Source: Azolla caroliniana
Taxonomy: Eukaryota > Plantae > Polypodiophyta
NCBI GenBank assembly: GCA_043228905.1
Contig: JBHGNT010000014.1
Span: 8,742,001-8,806,000, forward strand
Reading direction: 5' to 3'
Length of the DNA: 64,000 bases
Numbering within the stretch: position 1 is the first letter of the stretch; each line of letters opens with the position of its first letter. Position numbers and translations under genes: made by a program. Positions 60,252-64,000 of the stretch are shown here, piece after piece. The notes below the pieces were generated by a model. That model saw nothing but the letters and a program-made list of their open reading frames with translations, was not told the origin of the DNA and ran no database searches.

Positions 60252-61427
60252 TTAACGTCTTTTAAGAGGCCAAAATGGCCTATACGACCAAATAAGAGAT
60301 TACATCTTAAGTGTTGTCTCGTCTTTGAGAACAAATCAAAATAAAATAAATATTACACAGTAAATATAAAAGTAAATAAGATGAAAAGAAAAGAAACGAG
60401 GGAATCTGGTTTTTGGCTCATGTAAGATTCTCAAGTTAGGTATATTGTAGCTTTTGTCTTCGAAAGATCTCTAACATAGGTTGATCCAGAATGGAAATGT
60501 CTCCGAAGTGAGGGAAGCACTGATGATGGCGGGAGATAATGGCTTTTATCTGTCGATGACAAGGGTGTTGAGGTTGTGGTCCATGGGGCCGGGGCCTACG
60601 TGCACGGCAAATTGCTATTGCCCGATCAATTGTAACCCCTTTGTTATGTCTTGGTCTGGAGCCCATTTGTGTATCCTGTGATGGACTTGTAGCATTAGGA
60701 GTGATGTGGCTAAAGAAAGTTGTGATTGTTCTTTGTGGATGAGCTTTTAAGAGAGAAAGAAAGAAAGAAAGATCTATTAACGTCTTTTAAGAGGCCAAAA
60801 TGGCCTATAAGACCAAACAAGAGATTACATCTTAAGTGTTGTCTTGTCTTTGAGAACAACAAATCAAAATAGAATAAGTAGTACTCAGTAAATATAAAAG
60901 TAAATAAGATAAAAACTGACGAGGGAATCTGGTTTTCGACACATGTGAGATTCTCAAGATAGACATATTGTAACTTTTATCTTCGAAACATCTATAGCAT
61001 AGGTCGATCTAGAATGGAGAGGTCTCCGAAGCGAGGGAAGCACTTGTGATGGCGGGAGATAATGGCCTTTATTTGTTGATGACAAGGGTGCCGCGGTCGT
61101 GGTCCATGGGGCCGGGGCCTATGTGCATGGCAAATTGCTGTTGCTTGATCTATTGTAACCCCTTTGTTCTATCTTGGTCGGGAGAATATTTTTGTATCCC
61201 TTGATTGACTTGTAGCATTAGTAGGAGTGATGTGGCTAAAGAAAGTTGTGATTGTCCTTTGTGGATGAGCTTGTGTGGCTGTATTATTGTCCTTAAACAA
61301 CTTTTCCCTATGTCTCGAGTTCCCATCTCTGCCCGGATTATATCATGGGGCACCGATGCTTTGCTCCTTATCATGCGGGCAATCATTGACACTAAAGGTC
61401 TCTCTAAAACTTTCCAATGATTTGCCT
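60252..61427 (-). mobile_element. Two tandem 3' fragments of a non-LTR (LINE-like) element (60252-60746 and 60777-61427)
   Basis: Diverged duplication with ~525-bp period. The minus strand reads HWKVLERPLVSMIARMIRSKASVPHDIIRAEMG, resembling the post-RT region of LINE ORF2. Each copy ends at a microsatellite. Confidence 0.6.
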
Positions 61428-64000
61428 TGTTAAGACTCGGTCCCCACGTTTCTACTCCATAGAGAAGAGTTGGTGTGACAAATGAGAAACGTGGGGACTG
61501 ACTCCATAGAGAAGTGTTGTGCCCAACTTGACAAGTGAGAAGAGTTGTTAGAACAAAATAGACACAGCCAAGCTGTGAGAAGGCAATTAGACAACAATAG
61601 AAAAAATGGTTGCAAAGACAACCAAAGAGTAGAGCTTGTTGGTAAGTGTGAAGTCAATTTTTGCTCGTAAGAAAAGACCATGGAAAATACATCGGATGCT
61701 AAGGTGTATAAGAATAAAGCACAATATGAAAGGTTCAAGAGTTAAAAGACAAATGAAATTGAAGGGATATGAAGTTAGAGGCGTTTTCCAAAAGTAGAAA
61801 AAGCAAGAAAAAAGAAAAAAGAAAAAAGACGCATAAAAAAGCAAAAAAAAGCAAGGCAGAGAAAAAAGCTCATAACTTCTTCATCTCATATCCAAATTTC
61901 AAAAGAAAAGATTTGTAAGAAAGCTAGCAAAGAGAGCTTTCTTATATGACAAATTTGGATGACAAACGAGAAATAATGATATGAAAGAAAAGAAAAGAAA
62001 AAAGCAAGAATAACGCAACTAAAAACCTATAAATATGAGGGTATTCTTAGCAATTAGGAGAAAAAGGGAGGAATAGAATATCTACAAGAAGAAGTGAGGA
62101 AAAATAAGAAGATTAGAAGAAGTGAGAAGAAGATTAGTTGAAGAAAGAGAGAAGAAGGAAATACTATTTTGGCTAATAGTATATTAAAGTAGTTATTTGG
62201 GGTTGTTACTTTTGGAGTCTAAGAGGATTGTATTGTTTTCCTAATAGTATATTGAAGTATTCTTTTCTCTTCCTCTTCTCTTCTCTATCAATTTTCTCTC
62301 TCTCCTCATCAGTAAGTAGCAACAAAAGCATATGTCTTTACAAAAGAGGCCGGTATAGCCTATTTATACAAAATTGGGGAAAGTGGGTGAAATGGTTGTT
62401 TAGTAGTTAAGTGACTCTTGTACTACCAAATAGGTACAATAAACTAGGAATAAGAGGGAGTATCTTGGAAAAAGTGGAAGAGAGAAAAGGCATTTAAAGT
62501 GTTGCAGATTCTAGAGAGAGAAAGCATTTAAAGAGTTGCAAATTCTAGAGAGAGTAGAATCTAGGAAGAGAGAATGTAGAACAGAGATAATAAAGATGAA
62601 AGAGAGTGCAGGTTTGGAGCTGCCACCCTCCAACACCTCCTCTCAGCTCCAGAACGGCGGTCCAACATTGAGTCGATCGAGGTGCTGATCAATGGCTTGC
62701 CGTGGAAGTGGCTTAGTAAATAAATCAGCCAAATTTTCTTGAGTAGGACAATATGCTAAGTTGATGACTTGTGATTTCACTAATTCATGAACAAAATGGT
62801 AGTGCACTTTGATATGTTTTGTTCTACCATGAAATGTTGAGCTATGTGCCAAGGCACAGGCACTTAGGCTGTCCATGAAAACTGCAATAGGAGAGTCTTG
62901 CAAAACACCAATGTGAGAAAACAATTGCATTAACCATAGCAACTCACAACAAGTATCCAAGTAGCACGATATTCAGCTTCCATCGATGAAGTAGAAACTG
63001 AGTTTTTCTTCTTCGATTTCCAAGAAATGAAGCCTGAACCTAACATAAAACAATAGCCAGATGTGGACCTTCTAGAATCAACATCACCTGCCCAATCAGC
63101 ATCTGAGTAGCCAACAAGCCCAATGCCTCCTCTAAAAGACATACCATAGTCGATTGTGTTGGCCAAATACCGAAGAACTCGAATAGCTGCTTGCCGATGA
63201 CTTTGTCTTGGAGCACTTGAGAATTGGCTGAGAGACTCACGCTATAGGACAAATCAGGCCTGGTGTAAGTTAAGTGAAGAAGGAACCCAATTAACCTTCT
63301 ACATTTCGTGATATCTTCAAATATGGGAGAATTTTCTTCACGAGATAGCTTTGAGTTTGGATCCATTGGATAGGAGAGTGGCTTGCAATTTGACATGTTA
63401 TATGTCTCAAGGAGCTGCCTGAGATACCTATTGTGGCTCAGGAAGATACTACCATGTGATTGATAGACCTCCATACCTATGAAATAATGGAGAAGTCCTA
63501 GATCAGTCATTTCGAAGGTTGTTTTGAGGTCAGTGCGGAGCTCCTCGATTTTAGAAGCAAGGGACCCTGTAATTAGAAGGTCATCAACATATAATATGAT
63601 CAAGCATTGCAAATTATCTTGGGAAAAAACATAGATATTGATGTCAGCAAAACAGTTTGGAAACCCAAGAGAGAGAAAGAAGGTATCAATTTTGTCATGC
63701 CAAGCTTTGGGAGCTTGCTTTAAGCCATACAAGGCTTTGTGTAACCTGTAGACCATGTTTTTCTGCTCTGAAATCTCAAAACCAGGAGGCTGTTCAACAT
63801 AAAACTCCTCTTTCAACTCACCATTAAGGAAGGCTGACTTGACATCGATTTGAAAGATGGGCCATTTGTTGTGAGCAGCAAGACCAAGTGCACATCGAAT
63901 AGAGGTGTACCTTGCTATTGGAGCAAAAGTTTCCTCGTAATCCACTCCGACTTGTGAGTAGCCTTTTGCAACTAAACGTGCCTTGTGCTTATCCAAACTA
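61428..64000 (-). mobile_element. Ty1/copia 3' part (RT-RNase H pseudogene 62643-63996, PPT ~62636-62644, LTR region 61428-62635, possibly composite); continues beyond the window
   Basis: [38 protein letters not shown] and RTKHIKVHYHF, with frameshifts. Ends TGTTA...CAACA. Confidence 0.85.

Overview
This is eukaryotic, plant-type DNA, probably from a non-seed land plant such as a fern (inferred from the TE repertoire only). It is a roughly 90% transposon nest. Ty1/copia: four members of one family (A, B, G, H), a Tork/TNT1-like family (element D, solo LTRs, fragments), one intact and very young element (F, 1337-aa ORF) and one element cut by the window end. Ty3/gypsy: at least four copies of a tRNA-Trp-primed family, one chromodomain element (E) and a Tcn1-like gag remnant. 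Other TEs: LINE tails and a probable hAT deletion derivative. Host-derived sequence is limited to a decayed, nearly intronless DNA gyrase A copy fused to gypsy gag, and exon 1 of a quinone oxidoreductase (PIG3-like) gene. Best leads: (1) a copia family whose RNase H continues in frame past an internal PPT into a 180-240-aa charged tail that may be LTR-derived; (2) the captured gyrA retrocopy; (3) LTR-like segments with tRNA-like A/B-box modules and a head-to-head LTR hairpin; (4) the Trp-primed gypsy family. I found no CRISPR, rRNA or functional tRNA gene. All coordinates and mismatch counts were read by eye, and novelty is untested.
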